In this document: positions 54,459 through 63,438 of the stretch, piece after piece
Layout: the number at the start of each line of letters is the position of its first letter
Numbering within the stretch: position 1 is the stretch's first letter
Source of the DNA: Opitutales bacterium
GTDB taxonomy: Bacteria > Verrucomicrobiota > Verrucomicrobiia > Opitutales > JAVBMG01
DNA length: 64,000 nucleotides
Direction of reading: 5' to 3'
Assembly (NCBI GenBank): GCA_031552815.1
Contig: JAVBMG010000005.1
Coordinates: 42,406 to 106,405 of the forward strand
Made by a program: the position numbers and the translations under genes
The notes under the pieces: generated by a model
What the model saw: the letters and a program-made list of their open reading frames with translations, nothing else
Database searches by the model: none
Told to the model about the DNA's origin: nothing

Positions 54459-54880
54459 GAACAAGAAAACATATAATTGGCATTCTTTTAGCAAGCCTTG
54501 CATTACTCGGATTCAGCGCATGCACGACCGTGAACACGATAGAAAATGAGGATAAGGTTGGCGAACGTCACCCGATCAAGGATAAGCGTGTGACTAATGA
54601 TTCAAGCCTGGATGGTATCATTGAGTTTGTCGGACTTATTGAGGGAGACCAAGACGGATACAGAAAAGTACAATTGGATATTCGTAGCGTGAAAAGCAAG
54701 GACTACAACGTTTCCTATAAGATTGATTGGTATGACCAGAACGGATTTCTCTTCAAGAATCCATCGGATGGCTGGCAACCGTTGCATATTTACGGAGGAG
54801 AAATCAAAAGCCTTCTGTTCCTTGCGCCAAGCCCACGTTGCAAAGATTTTCGTATAAGCTTCATCGAATCACAACAATAA
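54455..54880 (+). CDS. ycfL: YcfL/DUF1425-like lipoprotein
   Basis: Lipobox FSA|C; YKIDWYDQNG, APSP..KDFR; between COG3014 and lpoB. Confidence 0.75.
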   Translation: MRTRKHIIGILLASLALLGFSACTTVNTIENEDKVGERHPIKDKRVTNDSSLDGIIEFVGLIEGDQDGYRKVQLDIRSVKSKDYNVSYKIDWYDQNGFLFKNPSDGWQPLHIYGGEIKSLLFLAPSPRCKDFRISFIESQQ

Positions 54881-54912
54881 CTGACGGTAGCATAGAAATC
54901 ATTTAACAAGAT

Positions 54913-55491
54913 ATGAAAACGATGTCCAAATACAGTTTCCTTTTCGTCTCGGCCGTAGCATGCGGTCTCTTCTCCGCTTGCTCAACCCCGGCAAAATACG
55001 TTGATGCAAACAGTCCCGAAGGTATTGTCAGCATGGACCAGATTGATATTCAGGATTGGTCCCTGGCGGCGGATTCGATGATCCATTCGATGATTGATAC
55101 GGGTGTCGTGAACCGTGTTCCCGTAAAGCCTGCGATTCTCGCGATCAGTCGCATGGTTAATAATACAAGCGAGCATGTGGATGTCGATTTGCTGACAAAG
55201 AAGATCCGTACTTCCTTACTGAAAACCGGCCAGGTTGAAACCACAATGATGGTTGGCACTACGACAGCAGAGGATCCGCTGGCCCAGGAACTTGTAAACA
55301 AAGAGAACGTACGTAAGCCCGATTTTATTCTTTCAGGGAAAATCATTGAGGCAAATGCGCGCGCCGGAAAGATCAAACAGGTTTCGTATGTCTTCCAGAT
55401 GACATTGACATCGACCGTCAGCGGAAATGCAGTTTGGGAAGAGGAAAAAACTATCAGCAAACAAGGCTCGGAAAATACTGTTGGCTGGTAA
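54913..55491 (+). CDS. lpoB: Penicillin-binding protein activator LpoB-like lipoprotein
   Basis: Lipobox FSA|C; NNTSEHVDVDLLTKKIRTSL, PDFILSGKI, YVFQMTL..GNAVWEEEK. Confidence 0.82.
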   Translation: MKTMSKYSFLFVSAVACGLFSACSTPAKYVDANSPEGIVSMDQIDIQDWSLAADSMIHSMIDTGVVNRVPVKPAILAISRMVNNTSEHVDVDLLTKKIRTSLLKTGQVETTMMVGTTTAEDPLAQELVNKENVRKPDFILSGKIIEANARAGKIKQVSYVFQMTLTSTVSGNAVWEEEKTISKQGSENTVGW

Positions 55492-55508
55492 GTAAATGTG
55501 ATTTGCAC

Positions 55509-55543
55509 ACAAAAGGCGGTAGCATGATGCTACCGCCTTTTGT
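55509..55543. terminator. Bidirectional motif-pair terminator between the convergent lpoB and ECF operons
   Basis: ACAAAAGGCGGTAGCAT-G-ATGCTACCGCCTTTTGT, 17-bp perfect arms with U-tracts on both strands. Confidence 0.8.
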
Positions 55544-55568
55544 ATATCTATTGCTTCGGAATGACTGT

Positions 55569-55940
55569 TTATGAGCGACCAGATTCAAGTGAGGATTCGT
55601 AATTCTGCCATTGTTCGCAGAAAAAATAAAAAGCAACTATGATCAAAAGAGGCATGGCATAAGAAACAAATGGAAAAATGTTTTGCAGGTAGTTTTGAGT
55701 CGGATAGCAATGTTCAAAAGAAGAAAAGTCCATACTCAGGCATACGAATCCGATAATGTAAATTAACATCACAGAGGCCATTATTGCGAAAAGACGGTTC
55801 CGTTTTTTTCGGGCGAGTATAATGGCATTTTGGACTTTGATGGCTTCCATAACGGCTTCCGGGAATTCTTCAGGAGCGTCCAGTTTGCTGTTTTGGATCA
55901 ATACGAAAAGTAGTTTATCTGATGAAGGATCGTTGTTCAT
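55569..55940 (-). CDS. Small membrane protein, candidate anti-sigma factor
   Basis: Overlaps the sigma gene stop (ATGA); APEEFPEAVM soluble N-terminus plus two TM helices. Confidence 0.6.
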   Translation of the reverse strand: MNNDPSSDKLLFVLIQNSKLDAPEEFPEAVMEAIKVQNAIILARKKRNRLFAIMASVMLIYIIGFVCLSMDFSSFEHCYPTQNYLQNIFPFVSYAMPLLIIVAFYFFCEQWQNYESSLESGRS

Positions 55941-56506
55941 AGTAAATAGGCGGTTTCTTGTCTTAGATGGAGTTTGAGCTGTTCGTGGAAGTGTTTACGT
56001 GCGCGGAACAGTTTTACTTTTATATTGGATTCATTCAGTCCGGTGATTTCCGCAATTTCAGAAATCGAACATGATTCCAGATAATAGAGAGTCAAAAGAA
56101 CGCTTTCGTCCGATGGGATCAAATCCAGAATATCTTGGGTGACTTTCTTGATATCGGCAATTTCAAGAATTTTTTGATAGTTGTGCTCTTGGATAAAGTC
56201 ACCAGGCGTATCGTCGGTATCATGACTTTCCGCAAAAAACCGATTGGATTTGGAGCGGCACTTCATCATGGCGGTACGGTAAACGATACGGAAAAACCAT
56301 GTCGAAAATTTTGATTGTTTCTTAAACGAAGAAAGCCCTTTGTAAGCGTTAAGAAACGATTCTTGCACCGCATCTCGTGTGTCTTCATGATTTCTCAAAA
56401 CACGAAAGGCGATGGAAAATGCCATATCCTGATATGCGGTAACAAGCAATGAAAACGCGTTGACGTTACCATTGAGGACGGCAGCTATGATTGAGCTTTC
56501 GTCCAC
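55937..56506 (-). CDS. ECF RNA polymerase sigma factor (GTG start)
   Basis: DAVQESFLNAY, FSTWFFRIVY (region 2); LYYLESCSISEIAEITGLNESNIKVKLFRAR (region 4.2). Confidence 0.93.
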   Translation of the reverse strand: MDESSIIAAVLNGNVNAFSLLVTAYQDMAFSIAFRVLRNHEDTRDAVQESFLNAYKGLSSFKKQSKFSTWFFRIVYRTAMMKCRSKSNRFFAESHDTDDTPGDFIQEHNYQKILEIADIKKVTQDILDLIPSDESVLLTLYYLESCSISEIAEITGLNESNIKVKLFRARKHFHEQLKLHLRQETAYLL

Positions 56507-56508
56507 GT

Positions 56509-56943
56509 TTATTCGACATGATTTACTGTTGGATCGTCTGTTTTGCTTTTACGCTTATCGTCCGGCGTAAAGATTGCACTGACAAGAAGCCCAAGCCCAC
56601 CCAATGTTAATGCGGATATACAGATAATGATACCGGCCTTCGGCGGGATGCATTGAAAATATTCGCTTACAAAAAATCCTATCATTGCGCCGATTCCGAG
56701 ACCGAGCATCAAAGAGCCCCTGCGAATGATTGTGGCCCTGCGGGTCGTGGGTTCTTCGATGATCATCCCTTTGTCTATCATCATCATTTTTTCTGTATGT
56801 TTATTTTTAAGATAGGCCAGGGAAAAACGTATTGCGCATAAAATAGGAAGAGCGATGGCAAAAATAAAAAATGAAGCGATGGCAAAAAACGGAATCATGA
56901 GGGCTAATTCTTCAGTACTTAAGAATGCGAGAATGTTTAACAT
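56509..56943 (-). CDS. DUF6249-like membrane protein
   Basis: N-terminal TM, KHTEKMMMIDKG, then GSLMLGLGIG and a C-terminal TM; upstream of the ECF sigma gene. Confidence 0.65.
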   Translation of the reverse strand: MLNILAFLSTEELALMIPFFAIASFFIFAIALPILCAIRFSLAYLKNKHTEKMMMIDKGMIIEEPTTRRATIIRRGSLMLGLGIGAMIGFFVSEYFQCIPPKAGIIICISALTLGGLGLLVSAIFTPDDKRKSKTDDPTVNHVE

Positions 56944-57075
56944 AATAAATCGGGTTAAAAGTTAATATTTGCGTATAAGGATAAGATGCAACGAGAAGGA
57001 ATTGGGTTACAAAGATTTTGATGGGTAAAGAGATATTGGATAATTTGAGAAGCAATACGTGCAAAACATGTGTAT

Positions 57076-57116
57076 ACAGATAAGGGCGGTAGCATTACGC
57101 TACCGCCCTTATCTGT
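57076..57116 (-). terminator. Motif-pair hairpin immediately downstream of recJ
   Basis: ACAGATAAGGGCGGTAGC-ATTAC-GCTACCGCCCTTATCTGT, 18-bp perfect arms, 6 nt from the recJ stop; weak U-tract. Confidence 0.7.
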
Positions 57117-57122
57117 TAAATG

Positions 57123-58859
57123 TCATTGTGATTTTTGGGACAAACGCCAATCAAGTACTTCGATTTGCGGAATTCGTTTTCCGTTCCAACGGTTCCATCC
57201 GATTTTTATTGCAAAATCTGTAGGCTTATTTACCGGAGGTTTATTTTTCCCGAAATGCCAGGCTACGCAGGAAATATACTCGTTATTCGCACAACGGATG
57301 GAGAAGCGGCAATGAGCATTGTCGCGGCCGAAAATCAGAGGATCGCGGTCAAGAAGTACATTGTGAATGCCCAGTATGGGTTCAGGGTTGGCCTGTCCGA
57401 AAGGATGCAACATGGAGAACTCTTCCAGAATGGTTGTTCCCAGTTCCTTCTGATCGACCCAGGCGCTGATTTCCAATGTCGGTGTTGGCAAAACACCGTT
57501 AAGCGCTTTGGTAACAAGGTCTTGAAAACGTTCCTTGAATGCGTCTACCTTTGATCTGTGAACAGCTATGCCGATTGCCATCGGATGTCCGCCCCATGCC
57601 TCAAGAAGGTCAGAGCATTGGGAAAGAATTTCCACGAGATTCAGCCCAGGGATGCTACGGCCTGAGCCTTTTGCCATGTCGCCTTCGAGTCCGAGAACAA
57701 TGCTTGGCCTGTGGAAACTACGGCAAAGCTTACCCGCTACGATGCCAACGACACCCGGGTGCCAGGATTCGCTGAAAATAACAAGGCCCAGTTTTCCTTT
57801 TTCCACCATGTTACCTGCTATTTTGAAAGCCTCATCGGAAATGGTTTTTTCAATATCCTGACGCTCCCTGTTCATGTCCTGCAATGCGGTAGCAATTCCC
57901 AGGCAGTAATCATAGTTCGGGGAAAGCAGCATATCTATGGGGAGTTTTGCGTCGGCGAGCCGTCCGCTTGCGTTGATGCGGGGGCTCAGTTTGAAAGCAA
58001 CATCATTCGGAAGTACTTCCTGTCCGGCGTTCATTCCCGATACATCAAAAAGCGCATGCAATCCTTGGCGCTTTGTATTTTGCAAACGCATCAACCCGTA
58101 ACGGGCGAGAATGCGGTTCTCGTCGAGAAGGGGCACGAGATCGGCAATGGTTCCCATGGCAACCAGATCAAGGTATTCTTTCAGAGACAAAGTGTGGGCG
58201 GTATCATTTCCCTGATTACGCAATTCCTTGAGCAATCCGTGAACCAGCTTGAAAACCAATCCTACCGTACAGAAATTTGACCAGGGTTTTCCTTCGCCGT
58301 CCCAGACGTGGGGGTTGATAAGGATACAATCCTGCGAGGGTGATTCCTTGGATTGGTGGTGATCAACGATCAGTACATCAATTCCTTTCTGCCGTAAAAA
58401 CGCAACTTCCTGCGAGGAATTCGTTCCGCAATCCAAGGCTATCAAAAGATCCGGTTTTTTGCGTTCAAGCACTCTTTCAAGAACCGCAATGGAGAGTCCA
58501 TATCCTTCTTCCATGCGTAAAGGTACAAAATACTCAGGACGCAGGCCAAACTCCCGGAGAATGCTGACAAGAAGGGTCGTGCTGGTGACGCCGTCCACGT
58601 CATAATCGCCGATGATATAGACCATTTCACGCTTGTGAATTGCTTCAAGCAAACGTTTCACGGCAGGGCGTAAACAGGATATTTCGAAAGGGTCTTTAAG
58701 ATCCTGCAGTCGCGGCTGCAAGAAGTGCTTTGCGGATTCGACGGTCTTGATGCCGTTTCCGGCGAGCAATGTAGCAAGGATTTTGCTTGAGCCTAATCCC
58801 TGCTGGAGAATGTCTGTGGTTTGCTGACAGACATTCTTAGTGATCCAGTGCGTATCCAT
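57123..58859 (-). CDS. recJ: Single-stranded DNA 5'-3' exonuclease RecJ
   Basis: GDYDVDG, RMEEGYG, LDCG, VDHH (DHH), GTIAD, PRINASGR, GSGRS, GGHPMAIG. Confidence 0.96.
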   Translation of the reverse strand: MDTHWITKNVCQQTTDILQQGLGSSKILATLLAGNGIKTVESAKHFLQPRLQDLKDPFEISCLRPAVKRLLEAIHKREMVYIIGDYDVDGVTSTTLLVSILREFGLRPEYFVPLRMEEGYGLSIAVLERVLERKKPDLLIALDCGTNSSQEVAFLRQKGIDVLIVDHHQSKESPSQDCILINPHVWDGEGKPWSNFCTVGLVFKLVHGLLKELRNQGNDTAHTLSLKEYLDLVAMGTIADLVPLLDENRILARYGLMRLQNTKRQGLHALFDVSGMNAGQEVLPNDVAFKLSPRINASGRLADAKLPIDMLLSPNYDYCLGIATALQDMNRERQDIEKTISDEAFKIAGNMVEKGKLGLVIFSESWHPGVVGIVAGKLCRSFHRPSIVLGLEGDMAKGSGRSIPGLNLVEILSQCSDLLEAWGGHPMAIGIAVHRSKVDAFKERFQDLVTKALNGVLPTPTLEISAWVDQKELGTTILEEFSMLHPFGQANPEPILGIHNVLLDRDPLIFGRDNAHCRFSIRCANNEYISCVAWHFGKNKPPVNKPTDFAIKIGWNRWNGKRIPQIEVLDWRLSQKSQ

Positions 58860-58885
58860 TGCCCAATTTCACTCCCGAAAAATGC

Positions 58886-61459
58886 TTATTGCTTCTTGCT
58901 GGCCTTGCTGCCTGATTGCCATTCGTAACTCGGAAGTATATCGTGCGTTTCTTCCACGTGGCGACGGTTTCCTTTGTGATACCAGTAGAAAACCGGAGCG
59001 GCGATATAGATGGATGAGAACGTTCCCGTGATAATACCCATTGAAAATACGAATGCGAAATCTTTGATGATTCCTGTTCCGAAGAAGTACAAGGCAAGTG
59101 AAGACGCCAAGGTGGTCGAGCTTGTAAGAATGGAACGTACCAACACATGGTTTGTAGCAAGGTTGATGACATCATAAAGACTCATCGTCGGATTCATCTT
59201 CAGTTCTTCGCGGATACGGTCAAATACGACGATGGTGTCATTGATGGAGTAACCGACAATCATTAATACTGCGGCCACCATCGGAGAACTGAATTGTCCG
59301 CCGTAGATCACGAAAATACCGATGGCTGTAAGTATATCGAAAACGGTTGAAACCACTGCGCCGACACCATATCCCCATTCAAACCGGAACGCGATATAAA
59401 GCAATATGCCGGCAAGAGCAAGCACCATGGAGTAGAGTGTATATGTCGCAATCTCATTACCGACGCTTGGCCCGATCTCCGATTTTGAAATGACTTTTAA
59501 GTCAGCTTGCGGGAATGTTTGGACTAAAGCGCGGATAGTCTTGTCCGATTGTTTCGGAGGCGTTTGCAACTTCATCTCTTCAACTTCTGAACCGATAGGC
59601 TTCTGATAAGTGACAGTTATTTCACCGAGATTCATTCTTGAATTCAGATCATCAATGCTCGCTATTTCGATTTTATGATCCTTGTTGAAACTCATGACGA
59701 CTTCATCACCACCGGTGAAGTCGACACCGAACATACGATCAAATTTGAATCCGAAAGCGACTACGCCGGCAATAACAATGGCCCATCCGATTCCGAAAGC
59801 AGCTTTCCGGTATTTCATGTAGTCGAATTTGAATTTGTTCGTGAACTTGACCAGCAAGAGTTTGTGCGTGATATCGAAGTGCACCAACAGCTCGGTCAAT
59901 CCGCGGGAAAGCACGAGCACGCTGAACATGGAGGAAATAACACCGATGGTGAGCGTAACGCCGAAACCTTTGATCGGTCCGATACCCATCCACATAAGGA
60001 TGACACCGATGATCAGGGTGGTAAGGTTTGCGTCGACGATGGTTGAGAACGCTTTGTCAAAGGCGGCGTATAATGCCGTCTTTACGGATTTTCCGGCATT
60101 CAATTCTTCACGCATACGTTCCATGATGAGGATGTTACCGTCAACAGCCGTTCCTGCCGTGATAACGAGTGCCGCAATACTTGGCAGGCTCATGGTAGCG
60201 CCAAACATGGCGAGCGTTCCCAATACGATGATTACGTTTACGGCAATGGATATAACCGCAATGATTCCGGAAATACCATAGAAGAAAATCATGAAGACAA
60301 CAACCGCACCGACACCGTAAAGACCGGCTTGAATGGATTGTGAAGCTGCTTCTTCCGCAAGTGTCGGTCCGATTTCACTTTGTTCTTCGATAACCAGTTC
60401 AAATTCGAGCGGGTTGTTCAGAACGTTAGCGAGCTCTTCAGCTTCACGGGTCGTAAAGTTACCGGTGATTTGCGCGTTTCCTCCGGCAATTTCATTTTGA
60501 ACGGTGGGAGCGCTGTACAGTTTTCCGTCAAGCACGATAGCGAGTTGTCCCGGGCGACCGCCGCGCCGTAAATTTTCATCGGCAATACGTTTGGTGATTG
60601 CAGCAAATTTATCCGAACCTTCCTTGGTGAATTCCATCAGAACTTCCGGAGCCCCGTATTGGCTTTGTGAAGCGCGTGCACGCTTGATAATGCTACCGTC
60701 TGTCTCCGGCTTTATTTTGACAAAGTAAGGGTAGCGTACGAGCTCACCGGTTGTCTTATCTTCATCTTCCAGGACCTTGATTTCGTAACCGACAGGTGTT
60801 TCAACGCCTGATGAAGGATGAAGGGTTGTATGTACCAGGCGGAATTCCAGTTTAGCCGGTTTTTTTACCATATTGATGATTTCCGGGTCATCCTTGGTGC
60901 TGGCTCCCGGAATCTGGATCTCAATACGGTCTGCGCCTTTTGCGCGGACGATGGCTTCGGCAATGCCGAGTCCGTTAATACGTTCGGAAAGAATGTTGAT
61001 AGCCTGGTTAAGGTTTTTTTCTTTCTTAACCATTGCTCCGTTTTCCTCGATGATTTTATCTTCTGCTCTCAGCGTCACGGAAATACCGCCTTTAAGGTCT
61101 AAACCGAGCTTCAGTTTACCTTTGGAGCTTCTCAGGAGTTCCTGGAGGAGAATGTTGTTACGGGTACGAAGGTTTTTAATGTCGTGAACCTTGATCTGGG
61201 GAAAGAATTTTGAATAGTCAATCTGTTCGATTTCACCCAGATCGCGCAATGCTACCAGCAGGGCTTTCTGTTTTCCTTCGTCGTCCTGTTGTTCTTTGGC
61301 TCTGGCTACCAGTTGTTCAAAAGCCGTTTTTTGGTCCTGGGCTACCTGGTCAAACAAATAGGATTCAAAAGGCCGATCCTTGATCGGGATCATTGCTGAG
61401 ATGGCAAGCAGTAAAACAACTGCTGTTAGTACGAGTCTTCCAAAAATGCGGCTACCCAT
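58886..61459 (-). CDS. secDF: Fused protein translocase subunit SecDF
   Basis: LGLDLKGG, AIVLDG..SAP, GPTL, AVDGNILIMERMREE, IVDAN; SecF part GVDFTGG, GYSINDTIVVFDRIRE. Confidence 0.96.
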   Translation of the reverse strand: MGSRIFGRLVLTAVVLLLAISAMIPIKDRPFESYLFDQVAQDQKTAFEQLVARAKEQQDDEGKQKALLVALRDLGEIEQIDYSKFFPQIKVHDIKNLRTRNNILLQELLRSSKGKLKLGLDLKGGISVTLRAEDKIIEENGAMVKKEKNLNQAINILSERINGLGIAEAIVRAKGADRIEIQIPGASTKDDPEIINMVKKPAKLEFRLVHTTLHPSSGVETPVGYEIKVLEDEDKTTGELVRYPYFVKIKPETDGSIIKRARASQSQYGAPEVLMEFTKEGSDKFAAITKRIADENLRRGGRPGQLAIVLDGKLYSAPTVQNEIAGGNAQITGNFTTREAEELANVLNNPLEFELVIEEQSEIGPTLAEEAASQSIQAGLYGVGAVVVFMIFFYGISGIIAVISIAVNVIIVLGTLAMFGATMSLPSIAALVITAGTAVDGNILIMERMREELNAGKSVKTALYAAFDKAFSTIVDANLTTLIIGVILMWMGIGPIKGFGVTLTIGVISSMFSVLVLSRGLTELLVHFDITHKLLLVKFTNKFKFDYMKYRKAAFGIGWAIVIAGVVAFGFKFDRMFGVDFTGGDEVVMSFNKDHKIEIASIDDLNSRMNLGEITVTYQKPIGSEVEEMKLQTPPKQSDKTIRALVQTFPQADLKVISKSEIGPSVGNEIATYTLYSMVLALAGILLYIAFRFEWGYGVGAVVSTVFDILTAIGIFVIYGGQFSSPMVAAVLMIVGYSINDTIVVFDRIREELKMNPTMSLYDVINLATNHVLVRSILTSSTTLASSLALYFFGTGIIKDFAFVFSMGIITGTFSSIYIAAPVFYWYHKGNRRHVEETHDILPSYEWQSGSKASKKQ

Positions 61460-61486
61460 AAAAAGGAGTGTGGAGGTTAAAATAAA

Positions 61487-61834
61487 TTAGGCTTTTTTCT
61501 CGGAGTCTTCGTCCTTGTTGACCTTGATCTTTACGAAAGCCTTGGCGATTTCAAACTTGGTGTTATCCGCGGTGCGGATAATGAAACGGTCGTCTTTCAC
61601 ATTCGTTATGGTTCCGAAAATACCGCCTTCCGTAAGCACATCGTCGCCGGATTTCAGCTCATTGATCATTTTCTGGTGTTGCTTTTGCTGCTTGTTTTGG
61701 CGTCCGCTCATGATAAACATGAAGCCGATAAGAAGCAGGAGCGGAATCATCATCATCCAGGGACTGCCTTGTCCGTTTTCTGCAGCCTGTTCCGCCAAAG
61801 GAAGGAAAGAAAAATCAAAGTTCATAAATAGCAA
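61487..61834 (-). CDS. yajC: Preprotein translocase subunit YajC
   Basis: Single TM, RQNKQQKQHQKMINELKSGDDVLTEGGIFGTI; upstream of secDF. Confidence 0.95.
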   Translation of the reverse strand: MLFMNFDFSFLPLAEQAAENGQGSPWMMMIPLLLLIGFMFIMSGRQNKQQKQHQKMINELKSGDDVLTEGGIFGTITNVKDDRFIIRTADNTKFEIAKAFVKIKVNKDEDSEKKA

Positions 61835-61953
61835 TATGTTTTAAAGTTCTTATTCAAGCTTTTCGACCTTAAAAGGCAAGCAGATTGTCCATGCTACCGC
61901 GCTTTGCGGAAGGGTTGGCAATGCGTAAGCAATCAATGGGGAATCAGCTTTTT

Positions 61954-62514
61954 TTATTGTTTGCTTATCAGGAATAATTCGGGGGAGCGGCGGACAAGTG
62001 TTTTTGGGGCAAAGTGTTGCCCTGAATATTGTTTTATCAGGGTCAGAAGGAACGGTGCAATGGATTCATGTTCGATCAATCCCTCCGGGTGCCCCGGATA
62101 AGTCATGACACTGAGAAAACCGTCAGGTTTGATAAGTTCCCATGCCTGCATGAGGGCATCCAGAGTTGTTTCTGCCTTCGTCGTGATTTTATGGTTTCCG
62201 CTCGGAAGATAGCCCAGATTAAAAACGGTGGCATGAATATTTTCCGGATAGTGTAACGGGAAATAGTGTTTCAGATTTGCGTGCGTGTCGCAGAGTAGTG
62301 TGGCACGGGATATCATCCCTGCGGCTTCCAGGCGTTGAACGGTAGCTTGGATGGCTTCGTCTTGGATATCAAAGGCAAACACTTTAGCACCCTCTCCGAC
62401 GCATTCTGCTAATATCAGAGTGTCATGTCCATTGCCGGCGGTAGCATCAATGACCGATTGTCCCGGTTGGATGTGCTTACGCCAGAATGCATGGGCAATT
62501 TCGGTCAGGCGCAT
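61954..62514 (-). CDS. Class I SAM methyltransferase of the YtqB/MnmM (PF06962-like) family
   Basis: VIDATAGNGHDT, FDIQ, FNLGYLPSG, YPGHPEG. Confidence 0.82.
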   Translation of the reverse strand: MRLTEIAHAFWRKHIQPGQSVIDATAGNGHDTLILAECVGEGAKVFAFDIQDEAIQATVQRLEAAGMISRATLLCDTHANLKHYFPLHYPENIHATVFNLGYLPSGNHKITTKAETTLDALMQAWELIKPDGFLSVMTYPGHPEGLIEHESIAPFLLTLIKQYSGQHFAPKTLVRRSPELFLISKQ

Positions 62515-62519
62515 TGGAT

Positions 62520-63353
62520 TTAAAGATAATTATTCAGAAGAAACCAGGCATCCTGGGGAATTACTTCCGGTCGGGCGGTACGATCCAGTCCCCATGACGA
62601 GAGGGATGCTATCCATTCGGGAAGACGCGGAAACGCTTCGGACTGTTGCTTACAGAGTGAACCGATTTGCTTTCGCCGTTGGGTGAAAATACGACGAATG
62701 AGATTACGTGCGGTTGGAGAAAGTGTTCGCGGTTGCTTTTTTCTTTCAAGGTGCAATAGCATACTGTCCACTCCCGGGACCGGATAAAAACATTGGCGTG
62801 CGACAGGATGAACACCGGATTTTTCGTAAGCAAGGCTGAGAAAAATGGTGATCGGGGAATAATGCTTATGACCGACTTCAGCAGTGAAGCGGTCTGCGGC
62901 TTCCTGTTGCAACATCATAACCATCGTTTCAGGAAGCGGTCCGCCAAGAATTGCTTCGAGCCAAGGCGTGGAAATCGCATAGGGTAGGTTGGCGACAATT
63001 TTGAAGTTGGCGGTATCCTGGGGTAAATCGCCTAAGGGAAAATCCAGCGCATCGCCTTCCCTGAGATGAAAAGTGGCAGGGTATTTGAGGCAGAGGGAGG
63101 AACGAAGGTATGCTGCCAATCGGGGGTCGAATTCCACCGCATAGACGGTACATCCGGCTTCCAGCAACGCACCGGTCAGGGTTCCGAGCCCGGGGCCGAT
63201 TTCGAGTACGGTGTCGCCGGGATGGATATTTGCCAGGGCAAGTGACTTTCTGACGATGTTGCCGTCTACCAGGAAATTCTGTCCGAGATTTTTATTCGGA
63301 TGATGTCCTAAGGTTTCAAGGAGCGTTTTTGTCTCTGTTGGCGATAGCGGCAT
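62520..63353 (-). CDS. rsmA: 16S rRNA m6,2A1518/1519 dimethyltransferase
   Basis: KNLGQNFLVD, EIGPGLG, ANLPY, MLQQE, FYPVPGVDS, FTQRRK. Confidence 0.95.
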   Translation of the reverse strand: MPLSPTETKTLLETLGHHPNKNLGQNFLVDGNIVRKSLALANIHPGDTVLEIGPGLGTLTGALLEAGCTVYAVEFDPRLAAYLRSSLCLKYPATFHLREGDALDFPLGDLPQDTANFKIVANLPYAISTPWLEAILGGPLPETMVMMLQQEAADRFTAEVGHKHYSPITIFLSLAYEKSGVHPVARQCFYPVPGVDSMLLHLERKKQPRTLSPTARNLIRRIFTQRRKQIGSLCKQQSEAFPRLPEWIASLSSWGLDRTARPEVIPQDAWFLLNNYL

Positions 63354-63438
63354 GGCGAAAATCAGACAACAAACAATACGGAATGGATTTCAGAAGCAAT
63401 AATAGATTCGATGAGATACTTGCGCATTGGGAAACGAA

